A stretch of 64,000 bases of DNA, from IMG/VR virus record IMGVR_UViG_3300020027_000005, positions 1 to 64,000 of that record; one strand, given 5' to 3'. Source of the stretch: a virus. Of this stretch, positions 48,310-57,577 are shown piece by piece. The position numbers were made by a program, and so were the translations under genes. Every line of letters starts with the position of its first letter. Position 1 is the first letter of the stretch. The notes under the pieces were generated by a model. It did not search any database. It worked only from the letters and a program-made list of their open reading frames with translations, and had not been told where the DNA came from.

Positions 48310-49665
48310 CTAGGTTCTGCGCATACCGTTCTTTGCGGCCAGCTTTCCGATTTTCGACTTGATGTCCTCGGAGGACACCCCCGCCGCGTCTGCCGCTTCT
48401 TTCGTCTTTCGAGCGGCGACGTTTACGCTCTCCATGTCGTCGATCCATGAAGTGTCGGAGGTCATGAAGGTCCCGAAGTTGGCATCGAGCCTGGCGTCGA
48501 TGGTCCACGACAAGAACTTCTGAACGTTCCGACCAGCATTGATGATGAGGCCCATTCTTCCGGCCACGTCATCCACGATGACTCGAATCGCCATGTCTGC
48601 TCTTCTTACGATGTGGTCCGAGTGTCCGATCTCTTCTGTCCCCTGACCCTTGAGCTTGATCCCTTCTCGATTCGCGTGGCCGCACGCAACGATGGGAATC
48701 TTCTTCTTGGGGTTCTGGGCGATCTTCTTCACCAGGTCTGCGGTTCGGGCGACGTAGGCGTCTTGTTTCGTGTTGAACTTGTCGCCCATCTCGTCGTCGG
48801 CGATGGCTTTCATGTAGTCGAGAATGACTACATCAGGTTGAATCTCCTCAATCTTCGCTCGAAGACCAGCGATCCCCCCACCTGCTTCCGAGACGATGAT
48901 GTTCTTCTGCTCGTACAGCGAGTCCATCGCCATTTCGAGCGTGTACATTCCGTCCGTTGAGACGTGGCCTTTCGTCATGTCTGGGTAGGACAGGCCGGCG
49001 CGCATCGGGTAAAGGCGCCAGGCAATCTCCTCGCGCGACATCTCTCTGGAGTTGAAGAGGACTCGAAGTCCGCAGGATTCCCAGAAGAGAGCCAGGTAGA
49101 GAAGAAGGAAGGTCTTTCGAGATTTTTCGCGACCGTAGATGTAGATGAAGTTCCCGGGCATCAAGCCCATGGAGTTGTTGTTCAAGTACTCCCACGGCCA
49201 GGCTAGCCCCAGAAGACCTCCGGAACGTTGAAGGAGGTGCAACTGGTTGAGGACTTCTCTTTTGTCCTCGCCTGCGATGAGGTCAGTGTTTCCCTGGAAG
49301 AGTTCGAGACTCAACCCCTCTGCGATCCGGAGCATCTCTGCTTTCGCGACCCAGGGATTGATGTTGTTGGCCTCGGCGATCCTTTTCAGGGCCTCGTTCA
49401 CCTCTTCGTGGAGATACCGAGTTCTGACCTCGTCGATGATGGACTCGATGTTGTTCGTCGGCGGGACGTGGACGTAGGAGGGGACCATCCCTTTGAAGAA
49501 GGTCACATCCGGAACCTCATGGAACCGGTTGTACCTGTCCATGATGATGTCCCAGTACGTCTGGGCTTCCTGACCTAGCATCTTGGCTTTGAAGCCCAAT
49601 TTCAGTGGGACACTAAGATCTCTGCTCTCCAGTACGGATGCGACCAGACTCAGGTCGTAGTTCAC
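48310..49665 (-). CDS. dnaB: DnaB-like replicative helicase
   Basis: GLMPG..YIYGREKSRKT; SREM; VILDY; HANR; SD.I...AD. Confidence 0.85.
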   Translation of the reverse strand: MNYDLSLVASVLESRDLSVPLKLGFKAKMLGQEAQTYWDIIMDRYNRFHEVPDVTFFKGMVPSYVHVPPTNNIESIIDEVRTRYLHEEVNEALKRIAEANNINPWVAKAEMLRIAEGLSLELFQGNTDLIAGEDKREVLNQLHLLQRSGGLLGLAWPWEYLNNNSMGLMPGNFIYIYGREKSRKTFLLLYLALFWESCGLRVLFNSREMSREEIAWRLYPMRAGLSYPDMTKGHVSTDGMYTLEMAMDSLYEQKNIIVSEAGGGIAGLRAKIEEIQPDVVILDYMKAIADDEMGDKFNTKQDAYVARTADLVKKIAQNPKKKIPIVACGHANREGIKLKGQGTEEIGHSDHIVRRADMAIRVIVDDVAGRMGLIINAGRNVQKFLSWTIDARLDANFGTFMTSDTSWIDDMESVNVAARKTKEAADAAGVSSEDIKSKIGKLAAKNGMRRT

Positions 49666-49685
49666 TGGCTCTCCGAGAAAGACCG

Positions 49686-49716
49686 CCCCCCGCTCCGCAA
49701 CTAACGGAGCGGGGGG
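49686..49716. terminator. Perfect 12-bp GC stem-loop upstream of the helicase
   Basis: CCCCCCGCTCCG/CAACTAA/CGGAGCGGGGGG; weak U-tract on the minus strand. Confidence 0.5.
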
Positions 49717-49744
49717 ATGCGGGGTTTGAGGACAAGGGGTTCGG

Positions 49745-49756
49745 CTAGCTTATGCC
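49745..49756 (-). promoter_or_regulatory. Candidate promoter motif variant GGCATAAGCTAG
   Basis: Intergenic, upstream of the helicase; matches GCATAAGnTAG. Confidence 0.5.
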
Positions 49757-49789
49757 GTCAATCTCTTCAGGGTCAACGGCGAGAGATGG

Positions 49790-50083
49790 CTAGCCGAACT
49801 TGACGCCCTGATCCTCGTCTTCGTCTTCCGTGCCTTCCCCATCCCCGGATTCTTGAACGGAGATGATCGACAGGAAATCGTTCTCGATCGACGCACACAG
49901 CGCCTCGGCCAGCTTCCGACTCTCCAGACTCAAGGCGGAGAACAGCGAGAAGCTGACCGGGTTGTAGTTCTCATCGACCAGGACGATCTTCGCCATGTCG
50001 AGGGGGGTCGGTCCGAGTCGTCGGAGCCGCACCTCGCCGACCATGACCCCCGACAGACGTATGTTCCGGATGAAGGGAGTCAC
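49790..50083 (-). CDS. Hypothetical protein with acidic tail
   Basis: Coupled ORF in the operon. Confidence 0.7.
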   Translation of the reverse strand: MTPFIRNIRLSGVMVGEVRLRRLGPTPLDMAKIVLVDENYNPVSFSLFSALSLESRKLAEALCASIENDFLSIISVQESGDGEGTEDEDEDQGVKFG

Positions 50084-50421
50084 TTCTTCATCTCCGGGAA
50101 GAACTTCAGGACGACCTGGTTCGACCGCTCCCGAAGCTCACGCTCTACGTGGTCGTAGCACTCCTGGTAGGTCACTGCGACGGACTCTTCGTCCGGCAGG
50201 CAGGGAAGCGTGCACCACACGGCGACTTCGAACTTCTCGCTTCCGTATTCCTTGGCCATGCCGATGCTGGCCGAGAGTCCGACACTGGCCGTCTTCTCGG
50301 GAGACGCCTTTCCTGGGGGCATTACGATCTCCTCCATTTCATTGTGTTGCTCACGGCCCTTCTTCACCGTGACGCGGTAGCCGGTCTTGAGTGGTGCGGT
50401 AGTTCCGCGTCCAGGATTCAT
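50080..50421 (-). CDS. Hypothetical protein
   Basis: Coupled ORF (ATGA and GTGA overlaps). Confidence 0.75.
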   Translation of the reverse strand: MNPGRGTTAPLKTGYRVTVKKGREQHNEMEEIVMPPGKASPEKTASVGLSASIGMAKEYGSEKFEVAVWCTLPCLPDEESVAVTYQECYDHVERELRERSNQVVLKFFPEMKK

Positions 50422-51008
50422 TCGTCACCCAGACCTTTGAATTGAACGGAGACACTCGGGCTCCGCTCTTTGACGGCGATTCGGTACCTTTCGAGGTTCT
50501 TGATTTTCACCTCTCCAGATGCGATCAGCCTTTCGAGAACATCCGGATAGACGACTCGCCCGACCACGGGGTCGCCATCCACGTAGATCTCTTCCAGTTC
50601 CGGATGGTCTTCCAGAAGTTCCTCGGTTCTGTAGGAGACTGAGAATCTGGTGGAGCTCACTTTGACCTTCACCCGGCCCTGGTCGAAGACGAACGACTCT
50701 TGCAGGGCTTCTTCAGGAAGGTTGTGACAGTAGTTCTTGACGTCCTCGACCTTCCTCTCGATCCCTTTCCCTACCTTCGCGAGTTCGTCCACGAGGTCGC
50801 CGTTGCCTTTCTTCACCTTGGCCTGGAGCTCCTCCACTTTCTTCTGGAGAGTCTGCATGGCCGAAAAGTAGGCGGCGATTTCCCCGAAGGCGTCTTTGTT
50901 GTCCTCCACGAGGAGTGACTGAAGCAGGGCCAGGTGGTCCTGTTCCGAGGCCAGATCCTCCAGCATCTCCTGGAGGGTCTTCGCCTGTTCTGTTGAGAGG
51001 TGGTTCAT
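50418..51008 (-). CDS. Hypothetical coiled-coil protein
   Basis: GAGGAG RBS; coupled to neighbours. Confidence 0.75.
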   Translation of the reverse strand: MNHLSTEQAKTLQEMLEDLASEQDHLALLQSLLVEDNKDAFGEIAAYFSAMQTLQKKVEELQAKVKKGNGDLVDELAKVGKGIERKVEDVKNYCHNLPEEALQESFVFDQGRVKVKVSSTRFSVSYRTEELLEDHPELEEIYVDGDPVVGRVVYPDVLERLIASGEVKIKNLERYRIAVKERSPSVSVQFKGLGDE

Positions 51009-51691
51009 CTTTCTCCTCGATCCGGCGGGATGGTCCCTCGGTAGATGAGGGCGTATGTGTCTGCCACCTCGAATGCCTTCTTCCAGATCTTGAACGAGGA
51101 TTCGACAGGCCCGCCTGGTTTGTCGTTCCAGTTGTCCAGAAGGCGCTGCGGGTGGTGAGAAACGAAACCCGTTCTCGGGATGGGAAGGAGAACTCCCATG
51201 GTCGTGACCTCCACCTGCTGGCGGTGGACGTCATTCAACGCTTTCGTCATGGAGATCGGGCTCGAGCTCAAGGTCTTGAAGGCGACGTCTCCCAGAAGGA
51301 GAACGACGAAGGGGTCCACGACCTCGATGATTCTCTGGAGCCGCGCGGAGCAGGCCTTGATCTCGTCGTTGGCCGGCTTCCTGTCTTGCTTCGGGTTGTT
51401 GATCTCCGTTGCACGACAGCCCACGACATTCGTGAGGTACACGTCTCGTCTGCTCGACCCGATGTAGTGGAGGAGGCTGTCTACGAGCTCCCCAACTCTT
51501 CCTTTGAAAGGCTGCCCAGCCATCTCGTCTTCTTTCGAGGGGGCGTCGCCAACGATGAGGACCTGGGCATTCGGGTTCCCTTCTCCGAAGACCACCTGCC
51601 TCCTGACTCTACCCTCGGGCTGGCAGAGACCACACCGGGTGCAGTCTGTCCAGGCTTCTTGGGTTTCTTGGAGCTTTTGTACTTTATTCAT
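51005..51691 (-). CDS. Uracil-DNA glycosylase, family 4-like (Fe-S)
   Basis: CTRCGLC; VVFGEGNPNAQVLIVGDAPS; GQPF.GR.G; TNVVGCR; HP. Confidence 0.9.
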   Translation of the reverse strand: MNKVQKLQETQEAWTDCTRCGLCQPEGRVRRQVVFGEGNPNAQVLIVGDAPSKEDEMAGQPFKGRVGELVDSLLHYIGSSRRDVYLTNVVGCRATEINNPKQDRKPANDEIKACSARLQRIIEVVDPFVVLLLGDVAFKTLSSSPISMTKALNDVHRQQVEVTTMGVLLPIPRTGFVSHHPQRLLDNWNDKPGGPVESSFKIWKKAFEVADTYALIYRGTIPPDRGER

Positions 51692-53058
51692 GTCCCCCGC
51701 GCGATTTCGAAGGGATAACGCAGGTTTGTCAGCAGATGCCGCATCTTCTTGCAAGCAGTGTGCATGGGCCGGATGAATTCGTCTTCGAACACGATGACGA
51801 CCGGGACTTTCTTGTTGAGCACCGGTCGCTGGATTCTTCCGTAGACCTGCCGAAGCATTCCCTCGTCCGAGATCCCGAAAGGAAGGATGAGACAGTCGAG
51901 ATCCTTTCTATCCAGACCCTCTTTCGCAAGCTGAAGGATGGCGAAAATCAAGTTGCAGTTGTTGAGGACCTCGGCCCTGTCGACGCCCTTGTGCTTTCCG
52001 TGAATCATCCCTGCCTTCACGGAGGGGCGATCCTTGTAGAGTCCGAACATCTTCTCGACGTGTTCGACCCGAGGCGAAAGAAACAAAGGCTTCCTGCCCT
52101 CCAAGAGGAGGGGTTCAATCCAGGAATGGATCTGCGCATTCCGACGTTCGTCTTCGGAGAGCAGGGTCCAGAGTTTCGGGATGTTGAGTTCTCCCAGCCG
52201 GTCCATCGCCTTCGCGAAGTCGACGTGGTCCAGTCGACGGCCTGTTCGAACAAACCAGGTTTCTGGAATCACATCTTGCTCGTAGTTGGAGTAGAGCACT
52301 CCCCCCAGGTGGTGCTGGTAGAGCATGTCGCACCCGTCTCGACGACCAGGAGTCGCGCTCAACCCCCACCGGATTCCCTTGATGAGACCCGCAGTGGTGT
52401 TGAACTCTGGCGCTCCCAGGTGGTGGACCTCGTCGTAGATTCCGACGCCGAAGTGGTTCCTCATTTCTTCAGGGAACTCTTCGGAGTCCATTCTCGAGGC
52501 CAGAGTCTGAATCGAGGCGATGCAGAGAGGATGTTCCCAGTCCCACCTGTCTCCTCGAATTGTTCCGACATCTTCTGCCCGAAGAGTCGTGTGCTCTACA
52601 ATTCGATCCCGCCACTGCTGCTCGAGGTCGATGGTGTGGACGACGATCAGACCGGGCGTCTGAGCCCAGACCCATCTGTCGAGAGCGACTACCGTTTTCC
52701 CCGCGCCACACGCGAGCGAAAGAATCCCGGAGCCTCTGTCCGACATGATGGAAGCGCTGGTGAACTGCACCGGTCCCCGAAGCTCCGAGCGCATTTGTGC
52801 GCCTTCGAGCTTCGGGAACTGTGTGTACGAGGCGTCTTCGATTTCGAAGGGCAAGGTGCCCCACTCGTCGAAGGGGAGGAACTCCCGAGGAACCACGAGG
52901 TGGTTCTCCGTGAGTCCCCAAGCATCTACCCTCGTTCTGTCTGGAAGGTAGAACGTGAGGGAATTCTGAATCCCCTGGATACTCTTCATGTGTTTCAGGG
53001 GGAGCCAGAGCCAGTCCTTTCGGTAGCCCAGCTCCGGACTCAGAGTCTTTACTCTCAT
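51688..53058 (-). CDS. SF2 DEXH helicase (UvsW / ResIII-like)
   Basis: CGAGKT; DEVHH; LSATP.RRDG; EGLD; QVYGRIQR. Confidence 0.92.
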   Translation of the reverse strand: MRVKTLSPELGYRKDWLWLPLKHMKSIQGIQNSLTFYLPDRTRVDAWGLTENHLVVPREFLPFDEWGTLPFEIEDASYTQFPKLEGAQMRSELRGPVQFTSASIMSDRGSGILSLACGAGKTVVALDRWVWAQTPGLIVVHTIDLEQQWRDRIVEHTTLRAEDVGTIRGDRWDWEHPLCIASIQTLASRMDSEEFPEEMRNHFGVGIYDEVHHLGAPEFNTTAGLIKGIRWGLSATPGRRDGCDMLYQHHLGGVLYSNYEQDVIPETWFVRTGRRLDHVDFAKAMDRLGELNIPKLWTLLSEDERRNAQIHSWIEPLLLEGRKPLFLSPRVEHVEKMFGLYKDRPSVKAGMIHGKHKGVDRAEVLNNCNLIFAILQLAKEGLDRKDLDCLILPFGISDEGMLRQVYGRIQRPVLNKKVPVVIVFEDEFIRPMHTACKKMRHLLTNLRYPFEIARGT

Positions 53059-53073
53059 CCTTCCTCCCCGGAA

Positions 53074-53490
53074 TTACTCCCGGTAGTTCGTCGGCTTTCT
53101 TGGGTAGAGCCGTCGTCTCCGGAAGAAGTAGGCGATCTCTTCGCCTGCTGCGAATGCTGCCGCTGCGACTGCGACCTCGAGAACCCGTAATCCCAAGTCC
53201 TTGAGGATTTCTCCGAAGGTTGGCGGTTCCCATTCATGGAGATCTTCTTGTTTTCGAAGGACGGGAACTTCGTGCGCCCCGATTCGATCTCCATCACTGT
53301 TTCTTTCTGCACGGACGATGGTCGGCCCTTGCCTGGTTTCTGGGCGGGGGCTTCCTGCATTTGCAGGTCGCATAACCGGGGATGGTGCTCGGGAAGGTTG
53401 GACACCCGTGAACGAGTACGGGCTTGAGGATGACGTGGTCGGCCCACCACTTCGCAGGCGGGCGAAGATATCCTGCTGCTCGTCCGACAT
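53074..53490 (-). CDS. Hypothetical protein, first gene of the replication operon
   Basis: GAGGTG RBS; disordered N-terminus; Ala-rich hydrophobic C-terminal helix. Confidence 0.7.
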   Translation of the reverse strand: MSDEQQDIFARLRSGGPTTSSSSPYSFTGVQPSRAPSPVMRPANAGSPRPETRQGPTIVRAERNSDGDRIGAHEVPVLRKQEDLHEWEPPTFGEILKDLGLRVLEVAVAAAAFAAGEEIAYFFRRRRLYPRKPTNYRE

Positions 53491-53532
53491 GATTGCTTCA
53501 CCTCTCTAAAGGCGTGATACTTGGGTTGTCAT

Positions 53533-53545
53533 CTACCTTATGCGC
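53533..53545 (-). promoter_or_regulatory. Candidate phage promoter motif GCGCATAAGGTAG
   Basis: In the divergent gap heading the whole minus-strand operon. Confidence 0.62.
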
Positions 53546-53575
53546 CCGAAAATCACTTTCGGTTGGAGTGCTTCG

Positions 53576-54661
53576 ATGCGAAAGTATGAAGCGGCAACCC
53601 TGGACTTCTACGATGACCGGGGAATCCTCCTCCGAGAGTTGATCGAAGACCCGAAGGACATTCCGGACTTCGTGAAGACCGCAGAGGCTGTGGATCAAAA
53701 CGCGCACTCGGAGCTGTTCGCCCTGGTTCTTCACGAGGACGGTCACCTCTTCAAGAAGTTCGCGACAGCGGATGCAGGGAACACCTTTCTGTCGACGCTC
53801 TACTTCTCGCAGACTTTCGACAGACTGCCGGAGGAGGCCCAGAAGATCGCTGCGGTCAACCTGGTCCAGGCCTGCGAGGCCTTCGACATCGGAGTTCCGG
53901 ACTTCCTGCTCGATCTCCTCGGCGAAGCTGAAGTGGGACCGATCGGGTCGAACATCGTGGACGTCTCGGGTCGGTCTCCTCCGATGCAGAAGGTCGCCCA
54001 CGAGGACGAACCCGTGGAGTACGCCGTTGTCCGCCCGAACGGAGAGAAGTTCTACCCGCTGCGGGATGCGTCGAGCGTGAAGCTCGCGAGTGACTTCTTC
54101 GCCGAGAACCACATGAGGATGGTTCCGAAAGAGCGGAGGCAGTTCGCGGTCAAGGTGGCGAGTCTCGCCAAGAAGGGCGCCCTCCCCGTCTCCGAGCCCA
54201 TCAAGAAGTACGCCGGGACCGACTACGGAGCCCTGGTTGAAGGCCACCTCACTACCAGGTACCTGCACCTGGTGGACGCAGGGGCGAACCCGACGGTGAC
54301 GGGAGTTCTCACGAAGCTTGCGAACTTGCGGAGCAAGCTCGAGCCCGAGGACTTCGCAGCTGTCCTGGAGCAGTTCGACATCGACCAGGGTCTCGACGCA
54401 CTCTGGGACCGTGGGGTGGCCGACCCCTGGTACTCGACCTTCGCGAACGAGAAGAGGGCCGAGGCCGCACTCTCGGTCGGGTTCATCACCCGGGATGAGC
54501 TCCAGAAGCTGGCTCAACGAGCGGACCAGCTCCACCCCTTCTTCCAGGAGGAAGTGATCACGGCTTTCCGGGACGATCCGGTGGTTGTGTTCGAGTCCAT
54601 GCCCCTGCCCATGAAGCAGCTCATCGGTCGGATCTCCGAAGGCACTCTTTCGGCAGGGTAG
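53576..54661 (+). CDS. Hypothetical head-associated protein with repeated K-x-A motifs
   Basis: GGAG RBS before ATG 53576; KTA, KFA, KIA, KVA, KLA, KRA recur; two genes upstream of the portal-like gene. Confidence 0.75.
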   Translation: MRKYEAATLDFYDDRGILLRELIEDPKDIPDFVKTAEAVDQNAHSELFALVLHEDGHLFKKFATADAGNTFLSTLYFSQTFDRLPEEAQKIAAVNLVQACEAFDIGVPDFLLDLLGEAEVGPIGSNIVDVSGRSPPMQKVAHEDEPVEYAVVRPNGEKFYPLRDASSVKLASDFFAENHMRMVPKERRQFAVKVASLAKKGALPVSEPIKKYAGTDYGALVEGHLTTRYLHLVDAGANPTVTGVLTKLANLRSKLEPEDFAAVLEQFDIDQGLDALWDRGVADPWYSTFANEKRAEAALSVGFITRDELQKLAQRADQLHPFFQEEVITAFRDDPVVVFESMPLPMKQLIGRISEGTLSAG

Positions 54662-54664
54662 AAC

Positions 54665-55333
54665 GTGCCTGAGCCTCTTGTTCGCAGAGCCGGTCTTCTC
54701 GAAGACGAACAGGGTCTGCACCTCATCACTCTGAGTGTGCTTCTGCTCGATCTACTCGGGCCGGAGTACTTGTTCTGGACTTCTGAGGCGCTCCGAGAAG
54801 AGCTCCAGGAGAGGTACGGGAAAATCGGCGTCGTGACCTGGGAGCGGGTTCAGGCACTCCGAATTCTCCACGTCCATGACGCCTACTGGCAGGAGTGGGA
54901 AGTCTTCGAGAAGGTCACGGCTGCCATCTGTGGAGAGCCTCCGATCTTCAGCCTGGTTCAGCCACAGGAAGCAGAGGAAGTGTTCATCTCTCTGTCGACG
55001 GCTTCGCGAATCGACCAGCATGACTTCGACGAAGATGTTCGGAGCTACATGGTGGCGGCGTGCCTGAACGACGGGCTCTGGTATTTCGAAGAGCCCGTCG
55101 CAGCGGTCGGAAGTTCGGAGCTCGTGGAGTTGGACACTCGACAGGGGATTCAGAGACCATTCGGGCTCATCTCGGCAGAACTCGAAAAGTCCAACAAGTT
55201 CCGTCCGGAGTCAGACGACCCTGTGCTCACCCAAGTGAATCGGGTTCTAGAGGTGCGGCAGGCGCTTCGACTGTACAATGAGGCGGTCGATAGGCAGCTG
55301 CTCCAGCTCCCACAACTGCTGAAGGGTGTTTGA
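54665..55333 (+). CDS. Hypothetical protein
   Basis: Coupled to the portal-like gene. Confidence 0.75.
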   Translation: MPEPLVRRAGLLEDEQGLHLITLSVLLLDLLGPEYLFWTSEALREELQERYGKIGVVTWERVQALRILHVHDAYWQEWEVFEKVTAAICGEPPIFSLVQPQEAEEVFISLSTASRIDQHDFDEDVRSYMVAACLNDGLWYFEEPVAAVGSSELVELDTRQGIQRPFGLISAELEKSNKFRPESDDPVLTQVNRVLEVRQALRLYNEAVDRQLLQLPQLLKGV

Positions 55334-57246
55334 TGGCGGGCATTGGGACAACTGGATTCGGACCCGGAAGCGCTTCCCGGTTTTCGAACAACCAGTCGAC
55401 AACAGGGAACAACGTTCGATACCCGTCCCCCTGGTGGGACATTTCGAACATGGACCTTCCGAGGTCCGTGAAGCACCTCTTCAAGTGGTGCCTCTACCAT
55501 GTTCTCGTGAATCCACTCGTTGCTCCAGTTGTTCGGAAGATGGCGGCCTACCCCATCACCGAAATCATCATCGAGGACGAGCCGCACGAAGGCTTCCAGA
55601 AGCACAAGGAGCGGTGGGAAGACTGCCTCTTCAAGACCCTGAACATCGACCAGTTTCAGCTGGAGATCGGGCTCGACTACCACGGCTACGGGAATGCCCT
55701 GGTCTCGCTGCTCACTCCGTTCCACAAGGTTCTGACCTGCACCCACTGCAAGTACGAGGAGCGGATCAAAAAGCTGAAGTTCGGTGAGGTGTGGGACTTC
55801 AAAGAGTTCAAGTTCATCCTGCACTGTCCAAAATGCAAGATGAGTGCGACCGCGAAGGTCGACGATGTATCGTACAGGTCTTTCCGGGACTTGAAGATCA
55901 TCCGATGGAACCCGGCAGACATCGACATTGATTTCAACCCGATCACTCGAGTGGCCGAGTACGCGTACAACATTCCGGAACGGGTGAAGACCAAAATCCT
56001 CCGGAAGAACAAGCGCTACTTGGAAGAGATTCCACAGGTCATCTTTCAGGCCATGAAGGAGCAGCGAGCTGTCCTTCTGAACCCAGACAACCTGTACCAC
56101 TTCAAGGCCCCGACTCCGTCTCTGCCGTCGAGTGACGAAGGGTGGGGCTACCCGCCGATCCTTCCGGCATTGAAGGACTCGTTCTACTTGCAGCAGATGA
56201 AGAAGGCGCAGGAGATGGTGCTTCTCGAGCACATGCTCCCACTCGACATCTTCTTCCCGGCTTCAGCCGACGCGAATGCGAATCCCTATCAGATGATCAA
56301 CCTCCACGACTGGAAGCAGCGGGTGGAGGCGGAGATCACTCGCTGGAAATGGGACCCGAACTACAAGCCCATCATGCCCATTCCCGTCGGGCATCAGCGA
56401 ATCGGAGGGAACGGAAAGGCCCTCATGCTCACCCAGGAGATTCGAGCCTGGTCCGAGCACATCATCGCTGGCATGGGAGTTCCTCAGGAATTCGCTTTCG
56501 GTGGTCTGACCTGGTCCGGGTCCAGCGTCTCTCTCCGGATGCTCGAGAACCAGTTCTCGAACTACCGGTCGATGCATGAGAATTTCCTGCAGAACTGGCT
56601 CATCCCCAGGATCGCCAACTACATGGCGTGGTCTGAAATCTCCATCCATCTCCGTGACTTCAAGATGGCCGACGACATGCAGCTCAAGCAGCTGCTGATC
56701 ACGTTGAACCAGATGAAGAAGATCTCCGACAAGACCCTCCTCGCCGAGTTCGGGCGTGATGCGCTCGAAGAGTCGAAGCTGATGGAGCAGGAGATGCAGC
56801 GCCAGATGCAGATGCAGCGGACGCAGATGATGTACACGACCCAGATCCAGGTCGAAGCTTCGGCGATCCAGATGAAGGGCCAGATGAAGATGCAGGAACA
56901 GCAGATGAAGGCCCAGCAGAAGGCGATGGGTGGCCAGGCTGTGGATCCGCAGACTGGAATGCCGATGCAGGGTGCCCAGGGCGGAGGAGTTCCAGGCACT
57001 CCGGCGCAGGGTCCGCAGGGTGGACAGGAAGGCCAGAGCGTCGATGTACGTCAACTCGCAGAGGCGTACGGGAAAAAACTGGCGAACATGCCTCCAGAGC
57101 AGGCAGCCCCGATCCTCCATCGGATGTCCCAGGAGAATCCGCAGCTCCATATGCTCGTGATGCAGGCCATGCAGACGAACACGACTGCGGACATGCGCCC
57201 TCTGCCGGAACAGCGCCCTCCGACACGAGAGACGGGACTGGTCTAG
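55333..57246 (+). CDS. Putative portal protein with Zn-ribbon insertion
   Basis: NPLV..VV.KMA.YP; DY..YGNA.V; LYHFK...WGYPPI; IIAGMGVP.EF..G; Q/M-rich tail. Confidence 0.65.
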   Translation: MAGIGTTGFGPGSASRFSNNQSTTGNNVRYPSPWWDISNMDLPRSVKHLFKWCLYHVLVNPLVAPVVRKMAAYPITEIIIEDEPHEGFQKHKERWEDCLFKTLNIDQFQLEIGLDYHGYGNALVSLLTPFHKVLTCTHCKYEERIKKLKFGEVWDFKEFKFILHCPKCKMSATAKVDDVSYRSFRDLKIIRWNPADIDIDFNPITRVAEYAYNIPERVKTKILRKNKRYLEEIPQVIFQAMKEQRAVLLNPDNLYHFKAPTPSLPSSDEGWGYPPILPALKDSFYLQQMKKAQEMVLLEHMLPLDIFFPASADANANPYQMINLHDWKQRVEAEITRWKWDPNYKPIMPIPVGHQRIGGNGKALMLTQEIRAWSEHIIAGMGVPQEFAFGGLTWSGSSVSLRMLENQFSNYRSMHENFLQNWLIPRIANYMAWSEISIHLRDFKMADDMQLKQLLITLNQMKKISDKTLLAEFGRDALEESKLMEQEMQRQMQMQRTQMMYTTQIQVEASAIQMKGQMKMQEQQMKAQQKAMGGQAVDPQTGMPMQGAQGGGVPGTPAQGPQGGQEGQSVDVRQLAEAYGKKLANMPPEQAAPILHRMSQENPQLHMLVMQAMQTNTTADMRPLPEQRPPTRETGLV

Positions 57247-57366
57247 TCGTCGCTCTCTTCTTCAGCGACGACAGACCCAGCTGCTACTCTTCCTCTTCAG
57301 CCCTTGCGGTAGCGAGGGACAGCAGGAAGCCGTTCAACACACCTAGGAGAACACACCACCACCACA

Positions 57367-57552
57367 TCAGGCGGGGTCCGGAGTGCTGTCCTCGCTCTTT
57401 CCACGATCGTCAGCGTCATCATCGACGCTCCAGAGCGACTCCCGCAGTCTTTGGTCGACCACGGACTGCCCTTGAGTAGTCTCCTCCTCTTCCTGTTCCC
57501 GCTTCTTCTTCCTCTTCTCTTCCTCGGTCATCGATTCTCCAGAAGCCGACAT
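57367..57552 (-). CDS. Small charged protein (61 aa), antisense islet
   Basis: GGAG RBS; K/R-rich then D/E-rich; preceded by GCGCATAAG. Confidence 0.55.
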   Translation of the reverse strand: MSASGESMTEEEKRKKKREQEEEETTQGQSVVDQRLRESLWSVDDDADDRGKSEDSTPDPA

Positions 57553-57568
57553 TGTTGGCTCCAACATT

Positions 57569-57577
57569 CTTATGCGC
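57569..57577 (-). promoter_or_regulatory. Candidate promoter motif GCGCATAAG
   Basis: Intergenic, 16 nt upstream of the minus-strand ATG at 57552. Confidence 0.55.

Noticed and set aside
36556-53190. Long plus-strand ORFs opposite replication genes
   Set aside because: They mirror well-supported minus-strand genes.
53540-53575. ORF-track start at 53540
   Set aside because: The ATG is part of the regulatory motif and has no RBS; 53576 has GGAG.
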